Of a stretch of DNA of 64,000 nt, positions 25,321 through 36,790 are shown one piece after another; the first letter of the stretch is position 1, and each line of letters starts with the position of its first letter. The position numbers were made by a program, and so were the translations under genes. Source of the DNA: Oikopleura dioica (taxonomy: Eukaryota; Animalia; Chordata); the NCBI GenBank assembly GCA_907165135.1, contig OU015566.1, positions 10,230,001-10,294,000 of the forward strand, given 5' to 3'. Below the pieces are notes generated by a model, which saw nothing but the letters and a program-made list of their open reading frames with translations, made no database searches and was not told the origin of the DNA.

Positions 25321-28267
25321 CTAGAATTTGAAGTCTTTATACTTCTTGGATTTCTGGTCGGAGTTGTCCTTGCCGGTTTGTTTTCTCTTTCGATCACGGG
25401 CGGTTTTGTTCAAGTGCTCCGCCATCATGTCACTTAAAAATGCTCAGGTATTTGCCTTTCTCCTAAATTTACCTCATATCTTCTCCGCCAGTGCCTCCAC
25501 CACCGCCTCCAGAGGTCGCCGAGCGACTCTGGTACTTGGAGGCGAGCGCCGCAGGATCCAAGTCAAGATCTTCGGGGTTGATAGCGACTTCTCTGCCTTT
25601 AGCGGCCTTGAGATCGTAGACATGACCGGTACCCATCATGCCCTTGCCGACAGCCGCCTTCTTCTCCTCGAGAACTTGATAAAGCGGAGGAGGGTTGGAC
25701 ATATCGACAGCCTTTTGAGGCTTTCGCAGTTCCATCGGGGTGTCACTTCCGGCAGGAGGAGCCTCTGACGTGATTCCTTCAAGTTTTCATTATGCTGATG
25801 ATTTTGACCAAAAGGCTTACCGCTGGGAGTCATGAGACCGTCAGCGATCTGAGAAGCAGGATTAGCTTGAGTAGGAACACCAGTTCCATCCTGGTCTCCC
25901 TCATCTTCAGATTCTTCCTCAGAGCCTTCGTCTGAGTCGGACTCGTCAGAATCGCTCTCCATCTCACCCCAGAGAGCTTCAGAAGGCTTCTCAGCTTCGT
26001 ATCGAGTGTCGTCAACATCAACGCCGAAGACATCACCATACAAAGGTCTTCCTCGCTCGTCGACTGGTGGTTTTCCCCAACCGCCAGCGTGGTAGCCGAA
26101 TGAGCAGCCTGAAGGAATGGGTGCGTTGAGACCGGGGATTTTAAGATTGGGGTAGCTAGGGGGAGGTCCGTATCGCTGCATGGCAATAAGCCATGGTGGG
26201 GGAACCTTATGCGCGTTATTGCCTGTTTGCGGTTAATAATTGAGCATAAAATTAACTTTTAGATGTAATTATTATCGACCGTTTCCTAGAGGCATTCCTA
26301 AAGCAGTTCGTAAATCATCCGTCAGCTCTCCGGGTTTCAACTCCCTCAAGCGCGTCTCATACTCTTTTCCCTTAATTGCACCGTTTATCATGCCACACTA
26401 TGCGCTGAGTACCTCGTAGTAGATATCTCCATGGCGGGTCATCTTCGGTTTAGTCTGATACCTGAAGAAGGCATCGTGAAGCTTTTGGTAATCGATGTCG
26501 ATTTTTCCGAGCTTTGGTCGAACTCGCTGTCGCATTTTTGTCTTCATCGATTGTTCGGCTTCTTTTTGTTGAAGCGCCTCTCTCATTTCCATGATTCCAG
26601 TCTTTTTGATAAACTCGGGGAGCTCGAATGGGGGCTTTTCGATACCACGCTTTCCGGAGAGATATTTTCGCTGAATCAAGTTGGGTGAACTTGTTCTAAA
26701 TCGGATCTAGTTCACCTTGTAAGACCAATGACGTGGGACAGGGACGCTATTACGGCCAGATTTAAGGAGGACAAGAAGCTTCGGATCCATGGCTAAATGA
26801 AAAAGTTTAAAATGTTTTGGGATAATATCTTACAAGTAACATCGTGCATTTCAACAAGGTCAGGTCGTTCGACAATCTGCTTCAACTCGGCAACAGTCAG
26901 CCTTGATTGTTTCTTGAGCTTCTTCTTTGAGAGTTTTTCCTTATCATCACCCTTTTTGTCATCATCATCCGAGTCTTCCATCATGTTATCGTTCTCGGGG
27001 TCGACTGTTTGATAGCCTGAATATAAATTAGCTTCAAAAGAAGTCGTATTGAACCACCTGATTTCTTTTGCACTTCAGGCATCACCATCTCCGCTGCCCT
27101 AAACGCCTCGAAGACTCTTTTGAACTGAAGGCTAGATGGATCCAAATCCGGCTCCTCGGCAATGTAGTCAATTTCAAAGCCCTTATCTGTCTTCTTTTTC
27201 GCTTTATTCTTGTCATTTCCAGAGTCGTTACCAGTCTCATGACCTGAGTCATTTTCACTGCGCTTTTCCTCTTTTCTTCGCTTTTTCTTTAGCTTTTTAC
27301 GTTGAGCTTTCGTAAGTCGCTTGCCGTTTTCATCGATTAGAGCTACTTTTGGCTTTTCAGGAGCTGGAGCAGTCAGTTGAACTCCAATTTTGACCTCTGG
27401 AGCTTCTTGCGTCCATCTAGATTTCTTTCTTCGTTCTTTCTTCGCCGCGCGCTCTTCTTCGACGATTTGAGCTTTATCACTGTCTACCTCCATCACTTCA
27501 TCAGGAGTTTCGCCTTCGCCGCCAACAGGAGTCTCTGGCTCCATCGAGTCTTTTCCTTTGTTAGAGGCTTGATGAAGAACTTCTGACTTCATATTAGAAA
27601 TGGCTTCTGCTACATCTTCTTCGGACATTCTTCGTTCTTCTTGAGTGGGTTGTTTATCTGCCTGCAGCTGCGAAATGTCCGGCTTGATGTCAAATACGGG
27701 GATACTAGATGGTGGAGCTTCTTGTTCTTTCTCAGGCTCTGGTTCTTTTTCTGGCTCATCTTCTGCGGGAGGCTCCTGGCTCGATGGCTTCTCTGACTTG
27801 AAAACAGGCAGTGATGCAGCAGTTTGCTCGGGTTCAGCTACAGGCTCTTCCACAGCTGCTGTTTCCGGCTCTGCCTCGGGTTCAGCCGGTAGTTCTTGGC
27901 TAGATGGCTTCTCCGTTTTGAAATCAGGCAATGAAGCTGTAGGTTCTTCAGCAACTGGTACCTCTTCCTCTTGCTCGCGCGCGGCTTCTTGGCTCGAGGT
28001 GACTTCTGACTTGAGGTCGAGAACGGGGGCTGCTTCTGATTCCACAGGTGCTTGCTCAGGAGCTTCATCGGCTTCTTGCGCATTCAGGAATTCAGTCAGT
28101 CTGCAGATAAGTAATTAGTGGAGGCCCACTGTGGAATTTTATTTAGAGAAACCCTCTTCTTACCTTTCTTGGAGATCAGCCTTCTTGCCTTTTTGGTCAA
28201 GCCCATGTGTCTTACAGAGTTCTTTTAGGTCCACAACCCGAAGTCCCTGGAGATCGGGGTGAACCAT
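25321..28267 (-). CDS. SF3B2: Splicing factor 3B subunit 2 (SAP145)
   Basis: N-terminal SAP-like LRVVDLKELCKTHGL. KLSKKKLKKQSRLTVAELKQ, VPVPRHW, GIEKPPFELPEFI, KIDIDYQKLHDAFF, QRYGPPPSYPNLKIPGLNAPIP and GWGKPPVDE motifs. C-terminal KKYKDFKF*. Confidence 0.96.
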
Positions 28268-28451
28268 TCTTAACAAATTTGCATTTTTATCACGTTGAAT
28301 TTATATTAGGTCATTATTGAAGGCAAATGTGGCACAACGATGAAAAATGAAGAAAATCTGGAATGCAGAAAAGCGGATTAGGTAAATAAAAAGAAGTTAT
28401 AAATCATCAACGACTTCAATGACGATGCCTTCAGATGAGAAGTCCAGCTGT

Positions 28452-29933
28452 TCAGAAGATGACTAGAAAAAATAGAGAGTGATCTTGGAAAAACCCTACC
28501 AGTGTCGTGGGAAGATATCTCATAAAATCTTGCAGCAATTCTAAGCTTATAAAGAGCTGTAACAGCTGACCCATCACGGATATTCTCCGACGTTTCGTGA
28601 CTGCTTCGATCTTCGAGCCTTCAGGGACAAACGAGATCGCAAAGTCTTCGTTCATTTTGATTGTGAAGTGCCTTTTATATTTGAGTCTTCCATGAATCGC
28701 CTAGTGAAACCATTGATACAAAGCGAGTTTGAAACTCCTGTTTACCCTTTTGAAAAGCTCGAAGGTTCTATGCGTAAACTTGATCAAGGCTACGCGTCGT
28801 CGAATTCCTTCCTGGTCTCTGAAATCATCGAATTCCCATGAGCATTTTGATGATACGCATGCAGAATCTGAACCAGCTGATAATTTATAGTCCATTGAGA
28901 GAACTACCTGATCCAAATTCATTTTGCCGCCTTTGTATTTCTGGAATGAGGTCTGGATGAAGGTCGAAAATCGTCTCCCCTCGTCGGGGATCGATGATGA
29001 AGAGGTTTTTATCTGTTTCTAATCGAACATAGCTATCAGAAAACATTCAAAACGTACCTAACAAAAGATCGGAAAACTGTGCACCGCTCCAATTGTTCGC
29101 TGCATTCCACTCATTGTCTGCCAGGCCTACAAGCTGCACAAACGAGACTTGTCCCATCGTCGAGGTCATCTTTTCTATGCTAAGGTCTTCAACCGCAAGA
29201 AAATGGCGAATAAAGGAGTTGTTTTCAATGGGCATGTGATTTGGTATGTTATCGCCAGGAAGAATACGATTCCCGCTTTCGAAAATGTAGCGTGCAAGTT
29301 TATGAAGTATCGTTGTTGGCCAGACAGGTATATGTGGACTTTGTTTACGCACCATTATGGCTAATTCTATTCCAAAGCCTTACAAAGAGTTCAGTTAGTA
29401 ATCTTTATTTATTGCAAGATTTGTGAACAGTTTCCTGATAATGGCCATTTGTGAACAAAAATTCATTTTGTAAATAAAAAGGAGTTTTTGGGGGAAAATG
29501 CTAGCATGTGACTTTTATAATAATGTTTCATTTTATATTTGACTTACGAACCAATGAAAGTTGCTTTTATGCAAAAAACCAGCTTACTAGCACCAAAAAC
29601 AGTATCATCTGATCTGATGTTATCACCAACACCTTGCTAAAAAGTACCCTAATGCAAGGTGCAATAAATCGAACTCCACCCTGATAAATCATGATCTTCA
29701 TAAACCGGAAAGTTGACCCTTCCATCTCCAAAGAGATCAGACAAGCCCGCCGTTACAAAATGCCAGTACTCGCCTAGCTCTCGGTGATTGATTGAGTAGA
29801 CATAAATGTAGTCAATCGCTTCATTTCCGCCCATCCAATGAGGAATTCCCCATCTTGGAATGATCTGGGGATCTGGATGATTTGCGAAACTCTTTGTCAA
29901 GTGAGCCTCGAGTTCTCGAAGACCAGAACTCAT
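28452..29933 (-). CDS. SUFU: Suppressor of fused homolog
   Basis: HWMGGNEAIDYI, WHFVTAGLSDLFGDGRV, SGFGIEL, VWPTTILHKLARYIFESGN, GQVSFVQLVG and DFAISFV motifs. 3' end approximate. Confidence 0.88.
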
Positions 29934-30227
29934 TAGCCTGTATTTCTACAATGAAAAAAAATAAGCAGCTGAATATCTGTATTTTTCTATACACAAAAAA
30001 GGGCCAGGCTTGATTATCCCAGCAATAAATAGTAAGGAGGTGTAGTACAGTAACTGAAGCATGTTTCATTGAAATTTAATTATTCTAGAGTTGATGGAGA
30101 AGCTCATGGACACAGGGAGGCGTTAGAATTTTATGCTTCTTTCTTCGGTGGAAGGCGGCCAATTGGTAGCTGTCCGGTTTTAGCTTTTTGCTGAATCTGT
30201 TCGTCAAGGGACAAAAAATCACCAGCT

Positions 30228-31322
30228 TCATATTGTACAGGAGTTTTCACTTGACTTAACATGACTGTAGATATTCGCACTACTGTATTTATACCCTACC
30301 TCGAGAAGTAATCCGATATCTTATTAGTTACAGGTCTAAAAAAGGAACACATTTCGCCCAAATCGATACTATTCGTCCAGATAAAAGTCTTTGTTCGATC
30401 TAAGACCGCCTCAGTGTTTAGTCGCAAGTTGAACCAGTTGAGAGGATTGTCGAAGCCCGTCGTTTTTCTGATCTCGGACCAGTTCGTCATTTTCGGTCGA
30501 ACATCAAGGAGGGAAAAGTTGAAGTCATCGTCGACATCGCCGCCGTCATAGTAGTCGATCACATAGGTTGCCTGAAAATGAAGTATAGAGTGACTTATTT
30601 GATGTTTTGACTCACGTATTGGCCACATCTGTTAACAATCCAGTCGTGTCGATCATATGGAAGAGGGTATCCAAAGAGTTTATGTCGGATTTTTGCTCGA
30701 AGAGAGAATTCCTTCGCTTTTCCTCCGAATCGCACCAGTCTTGGTCCTTCTGGACAAGTGTGTGCATGGAATGCTTCCCATTTCAATACCTAAAAACATT
30801 AGACTTTGGCTTTGGACTTGGAACAACCTCTTGCCAAGCAAGCTCGTTATTTTTATTGTGAATCTTGATGATCGCATTCATTTGAGCTGGATCAGGATCT
30901 TCGTCCTTCCATCGCCAACCCTTTCGAATCATCGCATTCCAGAACATCTGCTCAGAGGGATAGAGCCACGTTCCGTCCGTGCCGTCTTTTGGGATCGAGC
31001 TCGACTGACGCTCGGTTGAGAGTTGGAATGGCTGATCCGGCGATGGCTTTTGATTTGGAGGGGGCATCATGTTTCGAGGATCAATATCAGATTCGGGGAG
31101 TTTCACTGGGTTAATTCCTACGAGCACAATTGGTTCTTGAATATTAGTGAGTTACTAACCTGAGGGACATTCGGAATCACTGCTTCCGCCAAATCCAAGG
31201 GGGCATTCCGACTTTTCCTCCTGCTTTGGCGAACTGCCATACCCGAGCGGGCATTCTGACTGACCACCACCTTGTGTGGATTTTTCAAAGTCCTCAAATG
31301 TCTTGTTAGCCGGATCGGCCAT
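30228..31322 (-). CDS. HCCS: Holocytochrome c-type synthase (cytochrome c heme lyase)
   Basis: N-terminal CP heme-regulatory motifs (ECPLG x2, ECPS). [54 protein letters not shown] and LDVRP motifs. Last exon uncertain. Confidence 0.93.
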
Positions 31323-31375
31323 TCTAAAACAGAAATCGTCAATCTTTTTTGAAGAAGTTATTTTTCTAAAAATCA

Positions 31376-32678
31376 CAAGAGCCTCCACCGCAACAGCCCG
31401 AATTACTAGATTCACTTGGCATCGAACTACAGGCTGATTGATAAGAATTATCTTCTCCGTCGCGCGTTTTTCCTTCGTCAAAGTCAGGGGGTAAATGAAG
31501 GGGCTCTATAAAAACTTATCATTACTTAGAAAAACGCTCAAATCTGACCTATCGTGAACTTCTTTCTTTTCAATTTGAAGCCGAAAGTCGCGACCGACTG
31601 CTGAAAGGGTTTCAGTCCAACTTGTACCATCTTTTTCACTTCTATCGTTCCGTCAAACTGCGATTTGAACTGGCTTTCTTTGACCAAAAAGTTCTCAAGC
31701 TCGTACTGAGCGTCAGAAAACCTACAGACTGTCTCTGCCACACATCTCTGGGTAGTGAGTAGAAATGTGTGGTTTGCAGGCGATTTGGACGCAGATAAGA
31801 GTCGGATTTTGAGCAGTAATTTTGATAAATTGCTTCCTTGGGGATAGCACATTCCTCCAAAGTCTTAATAAAAAGGCGTTACGTTACATAACGCCAGAGC
31901 TTATCACTTACCAAGAAAGCAAACTCTCCAGACGGAACTACTGTCATCCTTGATTCTCTCTAGCCCTTGAATGATTCTCTCGTGAAAGTGTTCTTTGGAC
32001 GAACTGTCCTCAGGGTCGATGATAGTTACACAATTCGATATGCTCTCGAAATTTCTGGAAGTAGAGACGTCATACAAGTGTCCAAATCGATTCGTCCCTG
32101 AAAATGTACCGGTGAAAGCAGACTCAAATCCGGGGTTACGCCGCCACTAAGGCCCTCCAAGCTTGTGATTGGTCGATGGAAAAAAGATGTCACAGGGGGT
32201 AGAGACATGTTTTAAATCCCGGGTAAAGGCTTGCTTTCACCGGTATTTGATAGTGGTCCTTTCTCAGAGCATTTTTACCAGGTATTTGTTGCATTCCAAC
32301 ACGTCCCATCGGTTGCTTTTGATATGCCCATGCGATCTTCAATTGTTCTTCGTTTTGTCTTTTTCCCGGGACATTTGCCTTTTCCTGTGAGTCCGTCGAT
32401 TCTGGAATCTCCTTTGAAAGAGCATTCGCTCCTCTTCCGATGAGGAGGATCTTGTGTTCACTTTCAAGTCCTTCTGCGCAGAAAAACTTCGCAAACAGCT
32501 TCCAATATACAGTTGGATCATCTTGGACGACACTCAAGACGTAACCAAGAGGGATGCCTCCGCCAAGAAGTTGGGTGTCCATGGAAGGGATCCCGCTCGA
32601 TATACAGTTCACAAGATGATGAGGGCTCATCCGTACCCCCTTTGGAGGACGTTTTTGACCTGCTTTCACAAATGGCAT
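31376..32678 (-). CDS. ELP4: Elongator complex protein 4
   Basis: ISSGIPSMDTQLLGGGIPLG, KFFCAEG, LKIAWAYQ and FGFKLKRKKFTIEPLHLPP motifs. C-terminal ...SCDF* with stop at 31376. Confidence 0.9.
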
Positions 32679-32979
32679 TCTAGCAATTTTCAAAGTTGAC
32701 TTCGGCAGATGCAAGTAAAAAGACAATACAAGATCGTATAATTCAAGAACGAATTATATTGACAAGTATTTTTGATTTTTCAATTAGTTTATTTAATAGA
32801 ATAAAATAGTTAAACAATGTATTTCCGTCAGTTGAATTGAACAAATTTGGTAAACGAGATTGGGGTGAAGAGTACTAGAGCGAAAATTTTCCAATGAAGG
32901 GGTAAGGTTATCTACAAGGGCAGGGTCAGGATGGCAATGAAGGGTGCTTGACGGATGTTTCGAAAGACTGTCTGGTTCT

Positions 32980-35900
32980 TCAGACGAAGAACATGTCGCC
33001 GACTTCTTTAGTAATTGCAAGAGTCAGCGACTCGATGTCGCTTTCGTAGGAACGGCCAGAGTCCATCGAGTTGACGGATCCAGCGTCAGAGCCAATTCCC
33101 TAAAAACAAGTTAATCATTTGTGTAATTTTCAGAATGAGGTAAGAATAAGATTCATGAAATATGAACTTACGCGGCTCTGAAGGTATCGGGAGACTCGGT
33201 CGCCCATCAACTCAGCGTAGAGGCAGGGGATGGGAATGGAAACGGTGCGAGTGCATCGAGCGTAAGCGTGGCACAGATGGTAGGTCATCATCTGCAAGTT
33301 ATCGGCGTCCAGATTGTTTTCATCGTGTAACAACGTGTAGTGCACGGGTCGGCTAGTACCCTGAAGAAAAAGTTAAATTCTAGTTCGCTGCTCGTGCGAG
33401 TAATTTACCTGGATGCCCTGGGAGGCGTTGAGGTACCAGTCGCAAAGCGACTTGGAGGTAACCACGGTGTCGACCACTGTTCCAGATGGAACGTTGCCAC
33501 TCTTGCCGATCTGATCAGCTTGATTTTGGGCAAACATGCGGGTGTGTGTTCGCTTGTTCACGACAATAACGGTAAGCTTGGGGCTATAAGAAGAATTAGT
33601 TTCGGTGAAAGACCTTCTCTGAAAGAGTGAAGTGGATTTACCTGTAGCCTCCTGGGAGTGCAGCAAAGGCGGCTTTCATCTGCTCAACCTCGAGCTTGGC
33701 AACAGCCTGGAGTTCGCCTTCAGAAGCACCATTGCGGTAGACGATGATTCGTTCGGGCTTTTTGCCGTTGGCGCGCTTGTAGAAACCCTTCAAGCCTTCA
33801 AGGAAAAGCTCCTTGATTCCGGTGGCGAGGGTGAATCGGGAACGCTGGAGACGTTTTCCAGTGAAATACTAAAATTAATAATAATAACTTTAAATTAAAT
33901 TTAGGTTAACCTTAGTTCCAGAAGCATCACATGAGAAGGATGCCGTAACAATTGAAGGATTGCGAGATCCTGGAGCCGGGTGGCTGAAAGAGAGTCCAAC
34001 GACCATGCACGGCTTCGTGAACATTTGGATTCGATTCTCGATCTTAGTGTTAGTTCCGCCCAATTTGGTGTTGATCTTCTGGAGAAGATTACCGTAGAAC
34101 ATGCCGTTAGCACGCTCGACGTTTCTTGCCTGGACGCACTGAGTGACGATTCCCCACTGAAGCTCCGCCTTCTCCTTGATCATGGAGTAAATCTGGGAGT
34201 CTCGTCGGGGCATGATGACCAGCGCGAATCGGACGTTGTTGTTTTGGCAAAGCTGGAAATAGCGAGCCATGTCTTCGTCGTTGTTGGCGTTTAGGATTCG
34301 TTCCGGTGGAGAGGCGCGCATGCCTTCGAAGCCAGCGGCTTTGCAGAGACCATTGGCGAAGTCGCCGATCTGGCGCTGGTCCATACGCGACTAAATTTTG
34401 GTTATTCCGTTGAAGAATTAATTGATTTAGAGAACTTTCGACAAATTGAAAACTTACCTGGAAAGCAATGACGACCCACTTCTCGATCGCGGCTGCATTG
34501 AAAAATCGCTCACGTCGGGCATCCCAGGCTCCTTGGTTGGCACGCACGGTCTTTCTGTTCCCATAGATGAGCGCTGGGGCGTCCAAAACGCGACCGTTGA
34601 GCTCCTCCATCTTGGCGGAAACCTTGGCTCCGTAGAGTTCACCCATTGGTGAGAGTTCCTTGATGGCACGTTGCGCCATTTCGTCAATGATCTTCTGTTT
34701 TTTCGGGGCGGGGTCGGCGATGGCCCGAATCATGTTGGACTAAATTGCAAATTATAACTCTAGTTTCTGTAAACGATTGTTTATTTACCTGCATGATTTC
34801 ATCCACTTGGCCTCGATGAGGTTGTCGCGGCGCAACTCGCATGAGTTCGAGCGGGAAGTACTTTACGTTCTTTCCAGTGCCAACCTGGATCATTGGAGCC
34901 GATGGGAATCGAAGCCTCTTCTTGTATTTCTGGACATAGTAGTCCGCGATGTTGACGGTGCGACCGTTTTCGTTGACGAAGGTTTCTCGGTCGGCGCCGT
35001 TTCGCGAAAGCGTGGTGCACCTAAAAAAGATTAAAACAAATCAAAAGAAAATCTATATTACCGGTAATCACGGTCGCGGTTTTTCAGGTGCTCGGGGATA
35101 AATCGAAGCTTGCCGAGATACTTCTCGAGTTGCTTGCGGCGTCCATCGTTCCAGAATCGTGGGTCCGCCATCTCACGCTCACCACCGCGTGGTTTGAAGA
35201 CTTCCATGGCGACTTCGGTTCCAAGCTGCTCCTTGACGAAGGCCTTGGCGGCGGCGTCAATATTGAGCGCAAGGGTTCCACCGGAGTTGCCGTCGATCGC
35301 CTTGAGGCTCTGATGGTAGCCGAACCAGACCTCTCGTCCACCTCCAATATCGCGACGATTGGGTTGATTGGCAGGGAAGAAAGATCGTCCGACAGTGACG
35401 GTATCGGTCGAGGCGCGGTGGCGGAATACGATGTCGAAGGCCTGAATGGCATCTTGCTTCAAATCGACCATGTTGCCGTTAAGGTAGGCATTGATGTCGT
35501 TCGACAAGTGCATATTCACTAGAATCAATCATCATAAGGAAGCGCTTGTACTATTTTACCTCGTCGAAGAGTGACGGTGAAATCTCGCTTGCGAGTTCCC
35601 CGGGGCGCGTACTGGAATCTAATTGTTTGTCCAGCGTCGCCACTCTCGTTCGCCAGGATACCTTGCTTCTCCAAGTAGAAAAGAGAGCTCTGACCATCGT
35701 AGGGCAGCATGGCGTGGTGCGCAGGGAACTTCTCCCTCAGGAAAGCGGCCATAAACAGGCGCTTTTCGTCGCTCTTCTTGACGGACTCTTTGCCGAGGAC
35801 GCAGTTATCCTCCTGGATATGCACGTCAAGTTGGATGATGCGCATGTTGGGCGCGACTTTTGTCCGGTAGAAGTTCGAGCGGAGAGCGATTTTACGACCG

Positions 35901-36099
35901 GCTTTTCCAGGAGCCTTCCCCACTGAAGAAAAGTATGAGTTTAACAGAGAAATAATAAGGACTTACTTGGAAGCTCGACGTCAGCAATTCGGGTGAGTTG
36001 CTCTCGCATTTCACGAGCATCTCGATCCATTTGCTCGAACGGGTTCGAGCTACCGGAGCTTGGGTGCGACCGGGAGTCGCCAGATCCTGAGGTTGACAT
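32980..36099 (-). CDS. AGO: AGO-clade Argonaute (N, L1, PAZ, MID, PIWI), predicted slicer-inactive
   Basis: GRKIALRSNFY, VGRSFF, GGREVWFGYHQS, YFPLELM, IVTQCV, NLLQKINTKLGG, GTVVD, QGTSRPVHY and RCTRTVSIP motifs. C-terminal MFFV*. ATG at 36099 follows a tttag acceptor. Confidence 0.95.
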
Positions 36100-36150
36100 C
36101 TAAAGTTTACGATCAGTATAGAAAAATTCCAGAAAAGCAAGAAGATCAAT

Positions 36151-36790
36151 GATGATTTCAAAAAACTTTTTGTGGGGCCGGAAATCGTAAAAAATCTGTA
36201 AGTGCAGTTTTCTTCAGCTCGCCGAGACGAGTCGAATGATGGGTCTAACTCCTGATAACTGTCAGGATTTACCGGTTTACCGGCTGGTTACCGGAAAATA
36301 CGTTGTCAGCTGCCGTTTTTGTTCTAGAAGTGGTAAACAGATGATTGACCCAGGAAATTGTTCCTTATAGTCGGTTCTACTCTAGGCTCAAAGATGAGGC
36401 TCGTATCAATACTCTGAAGAGAGTTATCACTAAAACAGTAAATTTTACATGCATTTTGTTGTTGCTGCACGTTCCTGATTTTTGTCCCATTTCTGCCATA
36501 AATAGTATTTTAGTGATAACTCTCTTCAGAGTATAGATACGAGCCTCATCTTTGAGCCTAGAGTAGAACCGACTATAAGGAACAATTTCCTGGGTCAATC
36601 ATCTGTTTACCACTTCTAGAACAAAAACGGCAGCTGACAACGTATTTTCCGGTAACCAGCCGGTAAACCGGTAAATCCTGACAGTTATCAGGAGTTAGAC
36701 CCATCATTCGACTCGTCTCGGCGAGCTGAATAAAACTGCACTTACAGATTTTTACGATTTCCGGCCCCACAAAAGTTTTTTGAAATCATC
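36151..36790. repeat. Long near-perfect inverted repeat (285/283-bp arms, 72-bp spacer); possible foldback element or hairpin RNA
   Basis: Arms 36151-36435 and 36508-36790 differ by about 2 substitutions and 2 single-base indels on manual comparison. Both sides are flanked by AAT (possible 3-bp TSD). Confidence 0.95.

Noticed and set aside
33162-35926. Long plus-strand ORFs overlapping Argonaute (and similar ones over SF3B2, SIN3 and HCCS)
   Set aside because: Antisense shadow frames of GC-rich, codon-biased exons.
36149-36240. C/D-box snoRNA (ATGATGA at the arm start, CTGA ~90 nt later)
   Set aside because: No convincing terminal stem or recognisable rRNA antisense element, and the motif is part of a much longer inverted repeat.
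36345-36770. ORFs 36345-36536, 36377-36598 and 36573-36770
   Set aside because: Mirror-image ORFs produced by the inverted repeat.
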